This document shows positions 9,032 to 17,503 of a stretch of 50,119 nucleotides of DNA, piece after piece. Below the pieces are notes generated by a model. It was given only the letters and a program-made list of their open reading frames with translations. It searched no databases and was not told the DNA's origin. This stretch comes from a virus (Duplodnaviria > Caudoviricetes), in the IMG/VR virus record IMGVR_UViG_3300042542_000047, positions 1-50,119 of that record; one strand, 5' to 3'. Both the position numbers and the translations under genes were made by a program. How positions within the stretch are numbered: position 1 is the first letter of the stretch; every line of letters begins with the position of its first letter.

Positions 9032-9530
9032 CGTAAAACAAGGGCATTTAAACCAAAGCGGTTTTTTTGTGCTTGGACGCAACCGTGTAAAGGGTGTTTC
9101 TTTTTATGGTGGCAGTGGTACTCTTGTATTGTTTGATACAACCACGGCCCCAGTAACTTCAAGCGTAACTTATGGTCGTAGCGGCACGACTGTGACGATT
9201 GCAAAAACTGCGCATGGGTTAACAACCGGCACTGTTGTAGGTATACATTTTGTTAGTGGCTCAGGTGGCGCTGCCACTGATGGAAATTACGCCATCACTG
9301 TAACAACCGCAGACGCGTTTACGATCACAGACATCAATACTGGGAATATTACAGGTTCTCCAGCAGCGGTTTATGTCAGTGGCGCAAATCGTTGGTTGTT
9401 AACCTATGAAACGCACTCATCGGACGAGTTCCAGAATGCTCCACTTATTCCCGGCGAAGGCGTATTGGCAGCAAACGGAATTTATGCCTACATGAGCGCT
9501 ATTGACGGGGCGCAGATTTACTATGGCTAA
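9015..9530 (+). CDS. Virion protein with inserted small beta domain
   Basis: GGAG SD; RVKGV...IPGEGVL..NGIY framework with internal TVTIAKTAHGLTTG segment. Confidence 0.7.
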   Translation: MTMQYDVKQGHLNQSGFFVLGRNRVKGVSFYGGSGTLVLFDTTTAPVTSSVTYGRSGTTVTIAKTAHGLTTGTVVGIHFVSGSGGAATDGNYAITVTTADAFTITDINTGNITGSPAAVYVSGANRWLLTYETHSSDEFQNAPLIPGEGVLAANGIYAYMSAIDGAQIYYG

Positions 9531-9846
9531 GTCACCCGCATGGCAACGGGCGGAAGGGAAGAATCCCAAAGGCGGTTTGAACGCCAAAGGACGAGCTTCT
9601 TACAACGCAGCAAATCCGGGGAAACCCGGGTTGAAAGCGCCCCAGCCAAAGGGCGGCAGTCGCCGCGACTCTTTCTGCGCCCGGATGAAGGGCATGAAAG
9701 CAAAGCTTACGAGCGCCGAGACCGCACGCGATCCGGATTCGAGGATTAACAAGAGCCTTCGTGCATGGAACTGCGCAGATGGTGGATACGTCAGCGAGGC
9801 TGATGGTTGTGCTATCCAAGGCAAAACGAAAGGCAGGATGGTTTGA
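9523..9846 (+). CDS. Small basic protein (MAKSPAWQRAEGKNPKGGLN...SFCARM) with GG-motif tail
   Basis: ATG 9523; Lys/Arg-rich; C-terminal ADGG..EADGCAIQGKTKGRMV. Confidence 0.75.
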   Translation: MAKSPAWQRAEGKNPKGGLNAKGRASYNAANPGKPGLKAPQPKGGSRRDSFCARMKGMKAKLTSAETARDPDSRINKSLRAWNCADGGYVSEADGCAIQGKTKGRMV

Positions 9847-10085
9847 TGGACATCAACACCATTTGGTCTGCTGGCTTGTCTTTACTGATGGGGGCCTTGT
9901 GGTTCTTCATCCGTGAAAAGTTTGAAGATGTCAAAAGAGTTGAGCGTTTGCTCAACATAACCCGCGAGGAGATTGCCCGTGATACAGCTACTAAAGCAGA
10001 AGTTGCAAGACTTACTGATCACATTGACCAACGTTTCAACAAGCTTGAAGCAAAAATTGACCAGCTTATTCAAGCGGGTAAGTGA
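9846..10085 (+). CDS. Small membrane-anchored coiled-coil protein
   Basis: TGATG overlap; N-terminal TM (IWSAGLSLLMGALWFFI) then coiled coil. Confidence 0.7.
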   Translation: MDINTIWSAGLSLLMGALWFFIREKFEDVKRVERLLNITREEIARDTATKAEVARLTDHIDQRFNKLEAKIDQLIQAGK

Positions 10086-10522
10086 TGCCAGCAACAAGCC
10101 TTAAACAAAAGAAATTCATGGATGCTGCGGCGCACAACCCAGCATTTGCGAAGAAGGCTGGCATTCCAAAGAAGGTGGCAAAAGATTTCAGCAGCGCCAG
10201 CAAGGGCATGAAGTTTGGGCCGAAAACCCGAGCAGATTCACAAACAGTCAACAATCCTAAAACCAATCAAGGTAAACAGGAACTTTTTAAAGAAGGTGGA
10301 ACTATGGCAACGAAAATGAACCCCGGTTTTATGGCAATGATCGCTAAGAAAAAAGCTGGAGCCAAATCAGCGATGCCTTCAAAGATGGGCAAACCCGTAA
10401 TGAAAAAAGGCATGGACACGGCTAAAAACGGCATGAAGATGGCTGCTGGTGGCGGTATCGAGTCCAAGGGTAAAACCAAAGGCAAAATGATCAAGATGAA
10501 CATGGGCGGCAAGTCCTGCTAA
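10085..10522 (+). CDS. Basic Lys/Met-rich protein with GG motifs
   Basis: MPATSLKQKKFMDAAAHNP...FKEGG...MAAGGG...KGKTKGKMIKMNMGG. Confidence 0.7.
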   Translation: MPATSLKQKKFMDAAAHNPAFAKKAGIPKKVAKDFSSASKGMKFGPKTRADSQTVNNPKTNQGKQELFKEGGTMATKMNPGFMAMIAKKKAGAKSAMPSKMGKPVMKKGMDTAKNGMKMAAGGGIESKGKTKGKMIKMNMGGKSC

Positions 10523-10532
10523 GGAGTAAATC

Positions 10533-11495
10533 ATGGCAAAAAACGCTGGAAGATTGGCTGGACTTGCTGCGCTTGCGGGCGCAGCCTACATGATGACTAG
10601 GGGCAAGGACGCAACAGGCCCTGCTGCAACTGCGGCAGAGAAAGAAGCCTCTGATGCTCGCGCAAAAGCGCAAAAAGATGCTGTGTCTGGCGCTAAAAAA
10701 GTTGAAGCCGCAAAAGACGAAGATTACAGTAATGAAGGCTACAAAAAACCAAAAATTCAAAGTGAGCCTAAATCTGCTTCTGTGTCCAAGCAATCTATCA
10801 AAGCAAAAGAGCTTCCAAAAGCTGATTTGCGCGATGCTGAAGCTGGCAAAAGCCGCGGCTCAAGAGCATCCAGCAGCACGACCTCCTCTTCTGAAGAAGG
10901 CATGAAAAACTACAAGTCCCGCGCAGGCTCTCTTGCTGGCGCAGGTAGAGGCTCCGTAAACCCACCGTCTGTCACGCCACAACAGCCAGCGCGTGATGCT
11001 GAGGCTGGCACAAGTCGCGGAACTCGCACTACGTCAACCGCTGGCGCTGGTCGCGGTTCTGTTAATCCTCCTGTAGTCAAGCCTTCTGGCCCAAGAGATT
11101 CAGAGGCTGGCATGAGTCGTGGCACACGTCCACCTGTGGTTGGTGGTGGTCGCGGCACTGTCAATCCAGCGTCGGTAACACCGCAGCAATCCTCACGGGA
11201 TGCAGAGGCCGGTATGTCTCGCGGTCGTCGTGAAATGACTCCCGGCCCCGGTCAAGCTCAGGTTGATACCGTTCGTAGACTGCAATCTGCTGCCCGTGTT
11301 CCTTCAAGTCGTGCTGGTATGCCGGGGTTTGATGAAACCGGTCGCCCAATGATGGCGGGTCGCAGGGGCTATGACGAGGCTGGCAATCCCATGAAAAATG
11401 GTGGCGCAGTCAAGATGGCCTCCGGTGGCATGACGGCATCCCGCCGCGCTGACGGTATTGCCTCTCGCGGCAAAACCAAATGCAAAATGTATTGA
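10533..11495 (+). CDS. Low-complexity repeat protein with C-terminal GG/ADGIA.RGKT motif
   Basis: AGGAG SD; RDAEAG.SRG x4 and GRGSVNP x3; ends MASGGMTASRRADGIASRGKTKCKMY. Confidence 0.75.
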   Translation: MAKNAGRLAGLAALAGAAYMMTRGKDATGPAATAAEKEASDARAKAQKDAVSGAKKVEAAKDEDYSNEGYKKPKIQSEPKSASVSKQSIKAKELPKADLRDAEAGKSRGSRASSSTTSSSEEGMKNYKSRAGSLAGAGRGSVNPPSVTPQQPARDAEAGTSRGTRTTSTAGAGRGSVNPPVVKPSGPRDSEAGMSRGTRPPVVGGGRGTVNPASVTPQQSSRDAEAGMSRGRREMTPGPGQAQVDTVRRLQSAARVPSSRAGMPGFDETGRPMMAGRRGYDEAGNPMKNGGAVKMASGGMTASRRADGIASRGKTKCKMY

Positions 11496-11503
11496 GGTGA
11501 ATC

Positions 11504-12004
11504 ATGGCAAGAGTCGGCAAAAAACCTACGGACGATCAGCTACTTGAAGGTGGCGGTGGCGGTGGCAGTTTTCGTAGCATACCGTCTTCAGTATTAAACC
11601 CTCGTCCTACGGGTAGCCGTTCCGCAAAAGACTACAAAGAAAAAGAAGATAAGACTTCAGAGGTTTCTGGTGAAATGAGTTTTGGCTCTCCCAGAGGTAG
11701 AAGTTCTTATTCGGGCGATAGAACCCCCCGAACAAGTGACGATTACGCCGGAGGTGGCATGACTGAAGAAGAAAAAAGGGCGGCTAAATACCGTCAAGAA
11801 GCCAAAACAGGCGGCACAAATGCTCCTGTGCCTCAGTCCGCTATTCAAGAGGCGGCTGACAAAAAGGCTCAAGAAAAAGCCAAGCAAGCCCCAACCACCA
11901 AAACGGAGATGGGTAAACCATTTGCCAAAGGCGGTATGACTGCTTCCAGACGTGCAGATGGTTGCGCACAGCGCGGCAAGACACGCGGGACGATGATCAA
12001 ATGA
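11504..12004 (+). CDS. Hydrophilic protein with C-terminal GG/ADGCA.RGKT motif
   Basis: GAGGTG SD; ends FAKGGMTASRRADGCAQRGKTRGTMIK. Confidence 0.75.
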   Translation: MARVGKKPTDDQLLEGGGGGGSFRSIPSSVLNPRPTGSRSAKDYKEKEDKTSEVSGEMSFGSPRGRSSYSGDRTPRTSDDYAGGGMTEEEKRAAKYRQEAKTGGTNAPVPQSAIQEAADKKAQEKAKQAPTTKTEMGKPFAKGGMTASRRADGCAQRGKTRGTMIK

Positions 12005-12279
12005 TGGCCTCTCGCGGCATGGGCAATATCAACCCGAAGAAGATGCCGGGGAAGAGGATTGTTCGTCGCAAAGATCAACCACAGGATGTTGACATGTATG
12101 CTGAAGGCGGTGGTGTAAACGCTGCTGGTAACTACACCAAGCCAAGTCTGCGTAAGCGGATCGTGGCTCAGGTCAAAGCCGCAGCAACGCATGGCACTGG
12201 CGCAGGCCAGTGGTCAGCAAGGAAAGCTCAGTTGGTAGCCAAGAAATACAAGGCCGCAGGTGGAGGGTACAGAGATTGA
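12001..12279 (+). CDS. Small basic protein (NYTKP...GQWSARKAQ...YKAAGGGY)
   Basis: ATGA overlap; Lys/Arg-rich; MYAEGG motif. Confidence 0.75.
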   Translation: MMASRGMGNINPKKMPGKRIVRRKDQPQDVDMYAEGGGVNAAGNYTKPSLRKRIVAQVKAAATHGTGAGQWSARKAQLVAKKYKAAGGGYRD

Positions 12280-12509
12280 AAGCACCGCAGACTTCCCTCA
12301 AGAACTGGGGTGACCAGAAATGGCGCACCAAGTCGGGGAAGCCTTCGTCAAAAACAGGTGAGCGGTACTTGCCTGAAGCGGCTATCAAGTCTTTGTCCTC
12401 TGCCGAGTACGCAGCTACAACAAAAGCAAAGCGTGCTGGCAAGAAGGCAGGAAAACAATTTGTGGCACAACCCAAGAGCATTGCAAAGAAAACGGCAGGA
12501 TTTAGATAA
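12276..12509 (+). CDS. Small basic protein (SLKNWGDQKWRTKSGKPS...ERYLP; DUF5872-like)
   Basis: TTGA overlap start with GGAGG SD; highly basic. Confidence 0.7.
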   Translation: MKAPQTSLKNWGDQKWRTKSGKPSSKTGERYLPEAAIKSLSSAEYAATTKAKRAGKKAGKQFVAQPKSIAKKTAGFR

Positions 12510-13453
12510 TGGCAAACACCTCTGGCGCATCAAGCTTTAACCTTGACCTTACTGAACTGGTCGAGGAGGCGTTTGAACGCGCTGGTGGTGAATTGCGCAC
12601 CGGGTACGACTTGCGTACAGCCAGACGCAGTTTAAACATCATGTTTGCTGACTGGGCAAACCGAGGCATCAATCTGTGGACGATCGAGACTGGGATCATT
12701 GACTTGGTGCAGGGCCAGAACACCTACCCCCTGCCTGACGACACCATTGACTTACTGGAGCATGTGATCCGCACAGGCGGGAACATAGCCTCAACTCAGG
12801 CTGACCTGACGATTACCCGTATTAGCGTTTCTACCTATGCCACGATCCCCAACAAGATCACGCAAGCTAGACCAATCCAGATTTGGATTCAGCGATACAA
12901 CGGGCAGACCAGCCCCATTTCTTCTACGCTGACCACAACAATCACAAGCACCTCCGCCGAAATTGTGTTGAGTGATGTTACGGGTTTACCCGCATCTGGG
13001 TTTGTAAAGATTGACAACGAGATCATCAACTACGGCTACATAACCCAGAACACAAACGCTATCACAGGGACTTTGAACAACTGTTTCCGTGGGCAGCAAA
13101 ATACGATTGCGGCGGCTCACACTGCTGCGGCTACCGTTTATTGGCAGCAAGTCCCGGCAGTCACCGTTTGGCCCACCCCAGACAACGCACAGCAGTACCA
13201 GTTGGTGTATTGGCGTTTACGCCGTACGCAGGACGCAGGAGGCGGTGTAAACATCATGGACGTACCTTTCCGCTTCCTTCCCTGTATGGCGGCTGGATTG
13301 TCGTACTACATAGCTGGAAAGATACCTACTGGCGCAGAGCGCCTTGGTTTCCTGAAACAACAGTACGACGAGGCTTGGGAGCTTGCTGCGTACGAAGACC
13401 ATGAAAAAGCGGCATTGCGCCTTGTTCCCCGTCAGACCTACATTGGGAGATAA
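12509..13453 (+). CDS. Putative head-tail adaptor / neck protein
   Basis: EEAFERAG...ARRSLNIMFADWANRGINLW...VWPTPD...DVPFRFLPC; position after head module. Confidence 0.65.
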   Translation: MANTSGASSFNLDLTELVEEAFERAGGELRTGYDLRTARRSLNIMFADWANRGINLWTIETGIIDLVQGQNTYPLPDDTIDLLEHVIRTGGNIASTQADLTITRISVSTYATIPNKITQARPIQIWIQRYNGQTSPISSTLTTTITSTSAEIVLSDVTGLPASGFVKIDNEIINYGYITQNTNAITGTLNNCFRGQQNTIAAAHTAAATVYWQQVPAVTVWPTPDNAQQYQLVYWRLRRTQDAGGGVNIMDVPFRFLPCMAAGLSYYIAGKIPTGAERLGFLKQQYDEAWELAAYEDHEKAALRLVPRQTYIGR

Positions 13454-13455
13454 CG

Positions 13456-13881
13456 GTGGGCAATAGGTTTGCCAGTGGTAAGTATGCGATTGCCCAGTGT
13501 GATCGCTGCGACCAGCGGTTCAAATTGAATATTCTCAAGACTGAGATTATCAAGACAAAGACCTACAACCTCTTGGTTTGTCCTCAGTGCTGGGATCCAG
13601 ATCAACCGCAATTGCAGTTGGGTATGTTCCCAGTGGATGATCCGCAAGCTTTGAGGAATCCCCGCCCTGATCGGAGTTACATCTTGTCAGGCACAAACGG
13701 TTTACAGCTTGTTCCCACTGGGACTGGGCCAAACGGAGCGGGGACGGTGGAAGGTGGTAGTCGAATCTTCCAATGGGGCTGGTATCCGGTTGGCGGGGCA
13801 AGAGCAGATGACGATGGTTTAACGCCAAATAATTTGGTTTTGGCAGTGGAACTTGGTACAGTATCAGTTACAACGACATAA
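13456..13881 (+). CDS. Hypothetical protein with two CxxC motifs
   Basis: GTG start, GGAG SD; CDRC and CPQC; QALRNPRPD. Confidence 0.75.
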   Translation: MGNRFASGKYAIAQCDRCDQRFKLNILKTEIIKTKTYNLLVCPQCWDPDQPQLQLGMFPVDDPQALRNPRPDRSYILSGTNGLQLVPTGTGPNGAGTVEGGSRIFQWGWYPVGGARADDDGLTPNNLVLAVELGTVSVTTT

Positions 13882-13891
13882 GGAGTCGATG

Positions 13892-14083
13892 ATGGACAAG
13901 AAAGATTTAAAGCAGGACAAAAAGATGATTGCTGGCGCAGTGCATAAGCACGAAAAGAAGCTGCATCCGGGCAAGCCCATGACCAAGCTTAAAGCTGGCG
14001 GCAAGACCAACAGCGACATGCTCAAGTATGGTCGTAACATGGCGAAGGTGATGAACCAACGCAGTGCCGGACGGGGTAAATAA
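13892..14083 (+). CDS. Small basic protein (AVHKHEK..HPGKP..LKAGG)
   Basis: AGGAG SD at 13881; basic; GG motif. Confidence 0.7.
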   Translation: MDKKDLKQDKKMIAGAVHKHEKKLHPGKPMTKLKAGGKTNSDMLKYGRNMAKVMNQRSAGRGK

Positions 14084-14084
14084 C

Positions 14085-14285
14085 ATGGCTGAGTACAAAC
14101 AACCCAAAAAAGTTCCAAGCGTTGTTGTTGGCGAAGAGCCAGCAAAAGAAACAATGCGCAAGCAAAACGTGTCTGTTGCAAATACGCGCAGCCAAGACTA
14201 CCCACCTACCAAGACAACTGGCATCAAAATGCGTGGCACAGGTGCAGCTACCAAAGGATTGATGTCTAGAGGCCCGATGGCATGA
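14085..14285 (+). CDS. Small basic protein (GIKMRGTGAATKG...RGPMA)
   Basis: ATG 14085 right after upstream TAA; ATGA overlap downstream. Confidence 0.7.
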   Translation: MAEYKQPKKVPSVVVGEEPAKETMRKQNVSVANTRSQDYPPTKTTGIKMRGTGAATKGLMSRGPMA

Positions 14286-14998
14286 ATTACAGCCAGCTTG
14301 TAACTGCGATTCAGTCGTACACGGAGAATCAGTTTCCCCCTGTATATCTTGCTGATGGATCGACTGAGTCTTCAACGTCTCAGATCAATCGGTTCATCGA
14401 GCAGGCTGAACAACGCATTTACAACATGATTCAGTTTCCATCGCTACGGAAGAATCAGTACACAGCAATCACCTCAAACAACAAGTATGTATCTTTGCCA
14501 AATGACTTCCTTGCTGTGTATTCGATGGCTTTGGTGACGGGCGTTGTTGGCGGTGATTTGGATACAGGCACGTTTGAGTACTTGCTCAACAAAGATGTGA
14601 ACTTCATCCGTCAGGCATACCCTGCGCCAAACGATAAGGGCGTACCGAAATACTACGCTTTGTTTGGCCCAACGATTGTCAGTTCAGCAATTACAAACGA
14701 GCTATCGCTTATTCTTGGCCCCACACCAGACGCTGCGTATTACGTTGAGTTGCATTACTACTATTACCCACCCTCAATCACCACATCCACCACCACATGG
14801 CTTGGCGACAACTTTGACTCTGTGTTGCTCTACGGCTCTCTGGTGGAGGCGTACACCTTTATGAAAGGTGAGCAAGACATCATCTCTTTGTACGACACCA
14901 AGTTCAAAGAAGCACTTGCATTGGCAAAACGTCTGGGTGATGGTATGGAGCGTCAGGACGCCTACAGGTCTGGACAGTTTAGACAGGCGGTAACCTGA
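14282..14998 (+). CDS. Head-tail adaptor protein
   Basis: MNYSQLVTAIQSYTE...FIEQAEQRI...GVPKYYA...LGPTPD...LLYGSLVEAY. Confidence 0.72.
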   Translation: MNYSQLVTAIQSYTENQFPPVYLADGSTESSTSQINRFIEQAEQRIYNMIQFPSLRKNQYTAITSNNKYVSLPNDFLAVYSMALVTGVVGGDLDTGTFEYLLNKDVNFIRQAYPAPNDKGVPKYYALFGPTIVSSAITNELSLILGPTPDAAYYVELHYYYYPPSITTSTTTWLGDNFDSVLLYGSLVEAYTFMKGEQDIISLYDTKFKEALALAKRLGDGMERQDAYRSGQFRQAVT

Positions 14999-15420
14999 TG
15001 GCTTTCACAGGAAATTTCTCTTGCAATACGTTGCGGGCAGGGCTGGCAAACGGGTCAATCAACTTGACCTCGGATACGTTCCGACTGGCTCTGTACACCA
15101 ACGATGCAACGCTGGACGAAACCACCACAGCCTACACAGTTACAGGTGAATCCTCTGGCGGGAACTATGTGGCTGGCGGAGAGATCGTGACAACTACGGT
15201 CACGTCTCAAACCACATCTGCGGGTAGCGTGACTTACGTTACTTTCTCCTCGCCTTCATGGACAGGCGCGATCACAGCCCGTGGTGCGTTGATCTACAAA
15301 GCAGGCGACAATGGCGCAGTCTGTGTACTTGATTTTGGCAACAACAAAACATCAACCACTTCATTCACCGTGACGATGCCTGCAAACACAAGCACATCAG
15401 CACTCATAAGGATCGTGTAA
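14998..15420 (+). CDS. Tail-associated structural protein (paralogue of 15624-16100)
   Basis: FRLALYT..ATL...TTAY..GE..G.Y.AGG...ARGALIY...VLDFG. Confidence 0.7.
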   Translation: MAFTGNFSCNTLRAGLANGSINLTSDTFRLALYTNDATLDETTTAYTVTGESSGGNYVAGGEIVTTTVTSQTTSAGSVTYVTFSSPSWTGAITARGALIYKAGDNGAVCVLDFGNNKTSTTSFTVTMPANTSTSALIRIV

Positions 15421-15614
15421 TGGCACTTGTAACCACAACCAAAGGCGAAATGGACGATTCTCTGCTTGTAAAGCAAGAGGGTACAGTCGATAATGACAAC
15501 GAACTCACTACATGGACTGAGTACTGGTTGGAGGGTGAACTTGTACACCGTTCCGCACATGTAACTTTGAAGAAGCCCCCTACATTCATTGGCGGCGCGG
15601 CAGCTTCGTTTTAA
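15420..15614 (+). CDS. Small hypothetical protein
   Basis: TAATG overlap; TTTKGEMDDSLL...EYWLEGELVHRSAHV. Confidence 0.7.
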   Translation: MALVTTTKGEMDDSLLVKQEGTVDNDNELTTWTEYWLEGELVHRSAHVTLKKPPTFIGGAAASF

Positions 15615-15623
15615 GGAATCAGC

Positions 15624-16100
15624 ATGGCAAATACCCAATCAATGTGTACCTCGTTCATGGGCGAGTTGATGACAGCAACGCACAACTTTGGCGTTTCACC
15701 CATTCGTGCGGCTTCTACCGCCGACACTTTCAAAGCTGCGTTGTACTTGGCTTCCGCTACCATTAACGCATCAACCACAGCTTATACAGTGTCTGGTGAA
15801 GTGTCCGGTGCTGGTTATTCTGCTGGCGGCATAGTTGTAACGAACGCAACGCCACCAACTGCAACCAACGCATCAGCAACCGCTGGCGTAGCTTTTTTTA
15901 CGCCTTCTGCTAGTTTGGTGTACACCTCAGTAACCCTGACTACGGCGTTTGATGCGGTGCTGATTTACAACTCTACACAGAGTGACAAAGCGGTGAGTGT
16001 TCACACGTTTGGCTCACAGACCATCACGGCGGGTACTTTTACGCTAACGATGCCTGCAAACACCACATCAACAGCACTGTTGCGTCTGGCTACAACCTAA
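15624..16100 (+). CDS. Tail-associated structural protein (paralogue of 14998-15420)
   Basis: FKAALY..ATI...TTAY..GEVSG.GYSAGG...LIYN...TMPANT.STAL. Confidence 0.72.
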   Translation: MANTQSMCTSFMGELMTATHNFGVSPIRAASTADTFKAALYLASATINASTTAYTVSGEVSGAGYSAGGIVVTNATPPTATNASATAGVAFFTPSASLVYTSVTLTTAFDAVLIYNSTQSDKAVSVHTFGSQTITAGTFTLTMPANTTSTALLRLATT

Positions 16101-16125
16101 GCGGAGGCGGCGCAGGCCGTAAACC

Positions 16126-16791
16126 ATGTTTGGTATATCCGCATACGCCCAATCACCGTACGCCGCTCTTGGCGAAAATGTAGTTGTCGTTGCCCTGACG
16201 GGTGTATCCGCGACTGGAAGTGTTGGAGCGGTTCTTGGTGGGCAAGCATTAACGGGCGTAGCGGCTACTGGTTCTGTTGGTACGGTAAGTGTTGGCGACA
16301 GGCAAATCGCTCTGTCGGGCGTGGAGGCTTCTGGCTTTGTTGGGACGGTGATCTACAACGAGTCGGATGCAACATCCGGCGATGTGGCGATAGGTTCAGT
16401 TGGAACGCTGGGTGCGGTTACCTCTGTTGCCCTAAGTGGCGTGGTAGCTTCAGGTTTTGCAGGGACGGTAACGCACAGCAAAGAAGTTGCGCTAACAGGG
16501 GTTCAGGCGGTTGGAAGCGTTGGATCGGTTGGACTGACAAAATCTTTTGCGCTGTCTGGGGTTCAAGCCGCTGGCTCTGTTGGGAATGTAATTGCCATCT
16601 ATTGGAGATTGGTAGATGACAGTCAGACCGCAAACTGGCAAAATGTCAACAATTCTCAAACTGCTGGCTGGGCATCGGTAAACAACGCAGAGACATCCAA
16701 CTGGGCTTTGGTGGATAACTCAGAAACATCCAATTGGGCGCTGGTAGACAACGCAGAAAACCCTGATTGGACTTTGGTTGAGACGGAATAA
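16126..16791 (+). CDS. Tail protein with ALTGV.A.G.VG repeats and C-terminal Trp repeats
   Basis: About six LxGVxAxGxVG repeats, then W..VDN.xT.N 11-aa repeats. Confidence 0.72.
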   Translation: MFGISAYAQSPYAALGENVVVVALTGVSATGSVGAVLGGQALTGVAATGSVGTVSVGDRQIALSGVEASGFVGTVIYNESDATSGDVAIGSVGTLGAVTSVALSGVVASGFAGTVTHSKEVALTGVQAVGSVGSVGLTKSFALSGVQAAGSVGNVIAIYWRLVDDSQTANWQNVNNSQTAGWASVNNAETSNWALVDNSETSNWALVDNAENPDWTLVETE

Positions 16792-16799
16792 GGACACAC

Positions 16800-17177
16800 A
16801 TGGCTTTCGTACTTGCAGACCGAGTTAAAGAGACGACCACAACGACTGGTACGGGAACAGTGACTCTGCTTGGCGCATCAACGGGGTATCAATCTTTTGC
16901 TGTCATTGGCGATGCCAATACCACGTATTACACGATTGCGAGTCAAAGTGGGTCAGAGTGGGAAGTTGGGATTGGCACATACACATCGTCTGGTACAACG
17001 CTTGCAAGAACCACGGTGTTGTCAAATAGTTCAGCTACACAGCCATCAGCACTTAATTTTAGTGCGGGTACAAAGGATGTCTTTGTATCCTACCCCGCTG
17101 AGTATTCAGTAACTAACGACCCGCCTACGCAGAACATTCTTGACCAAGCATACTTTCTTTCTTTTATGATGGGCTGA
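16800..17177 (+). CDS. Tail fibre-related protein
   Basis: [15 protein letters not shown]...EWEVGIGTY...FSAGTKDVF. Confidence 0.72.
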   Translation: MAFVLADRVKETTTTTGTGTVTLLGASTGYQSFAVIGDANTTYYTIASQSGSEWEVGIGTYTSSGTTLARTTVLSNSSATQPSALNFSAGTKDVFVSYPAEYSVTNDPPTQNILDQAYFLSFMMG

Positions 17178-17178
17178 C

Positions 17179-17502
17179 ATGGCAACATACACAAACGTAT
17201 CGTACGCGGTTAAAAACATAAGCACTGGCGGCTCAACTGTAACCACAGTTGCGTCTGGTACTCTGGCTGTAGCCAGCCTTGTGGTGGCTAACACCTCTAC
17301 TTCACCCATTACCTGTGATGTGTACATTACACGTTCAGCAGTCAATTACTACTTGGTGGAGACAGCCACCGTGCCAGTAGGCGGGTCACTGGAGGTAATC
17401 CAAGGCAACAGAATTATTCTGCAAGCAAGTGATATTTTGGTGGTAGTCTCAAGCGCCGCTACATCGGCGGATGCTTGGGTTTCTGGATTGACGGCGGTCT
17501 GA
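17179..17502 (+). CDS. Small beta-sandwich tail protein
   Basis: VANTS...VPVGGSLEVI.GNRIIL..SD.L.V.S. Confidence 0.7.
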   Translation: MATYTNVSYAVKNISTGGSTVTTVASGTLAVASLVVANTSTSPITCDVYITRSAVNYYLVETATVPVGGSLEVIQGNRIILQASDILVVVSSAATSADAWVSGLTAV

Positions 17503-17503
17503 T

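Noticed and set aside
10820-11235. CRISPR-like repeat-spacer array
   Set aside because: Repeats are degenerate at codon third positions and lie in frame within a CDS, so they are protein repeats
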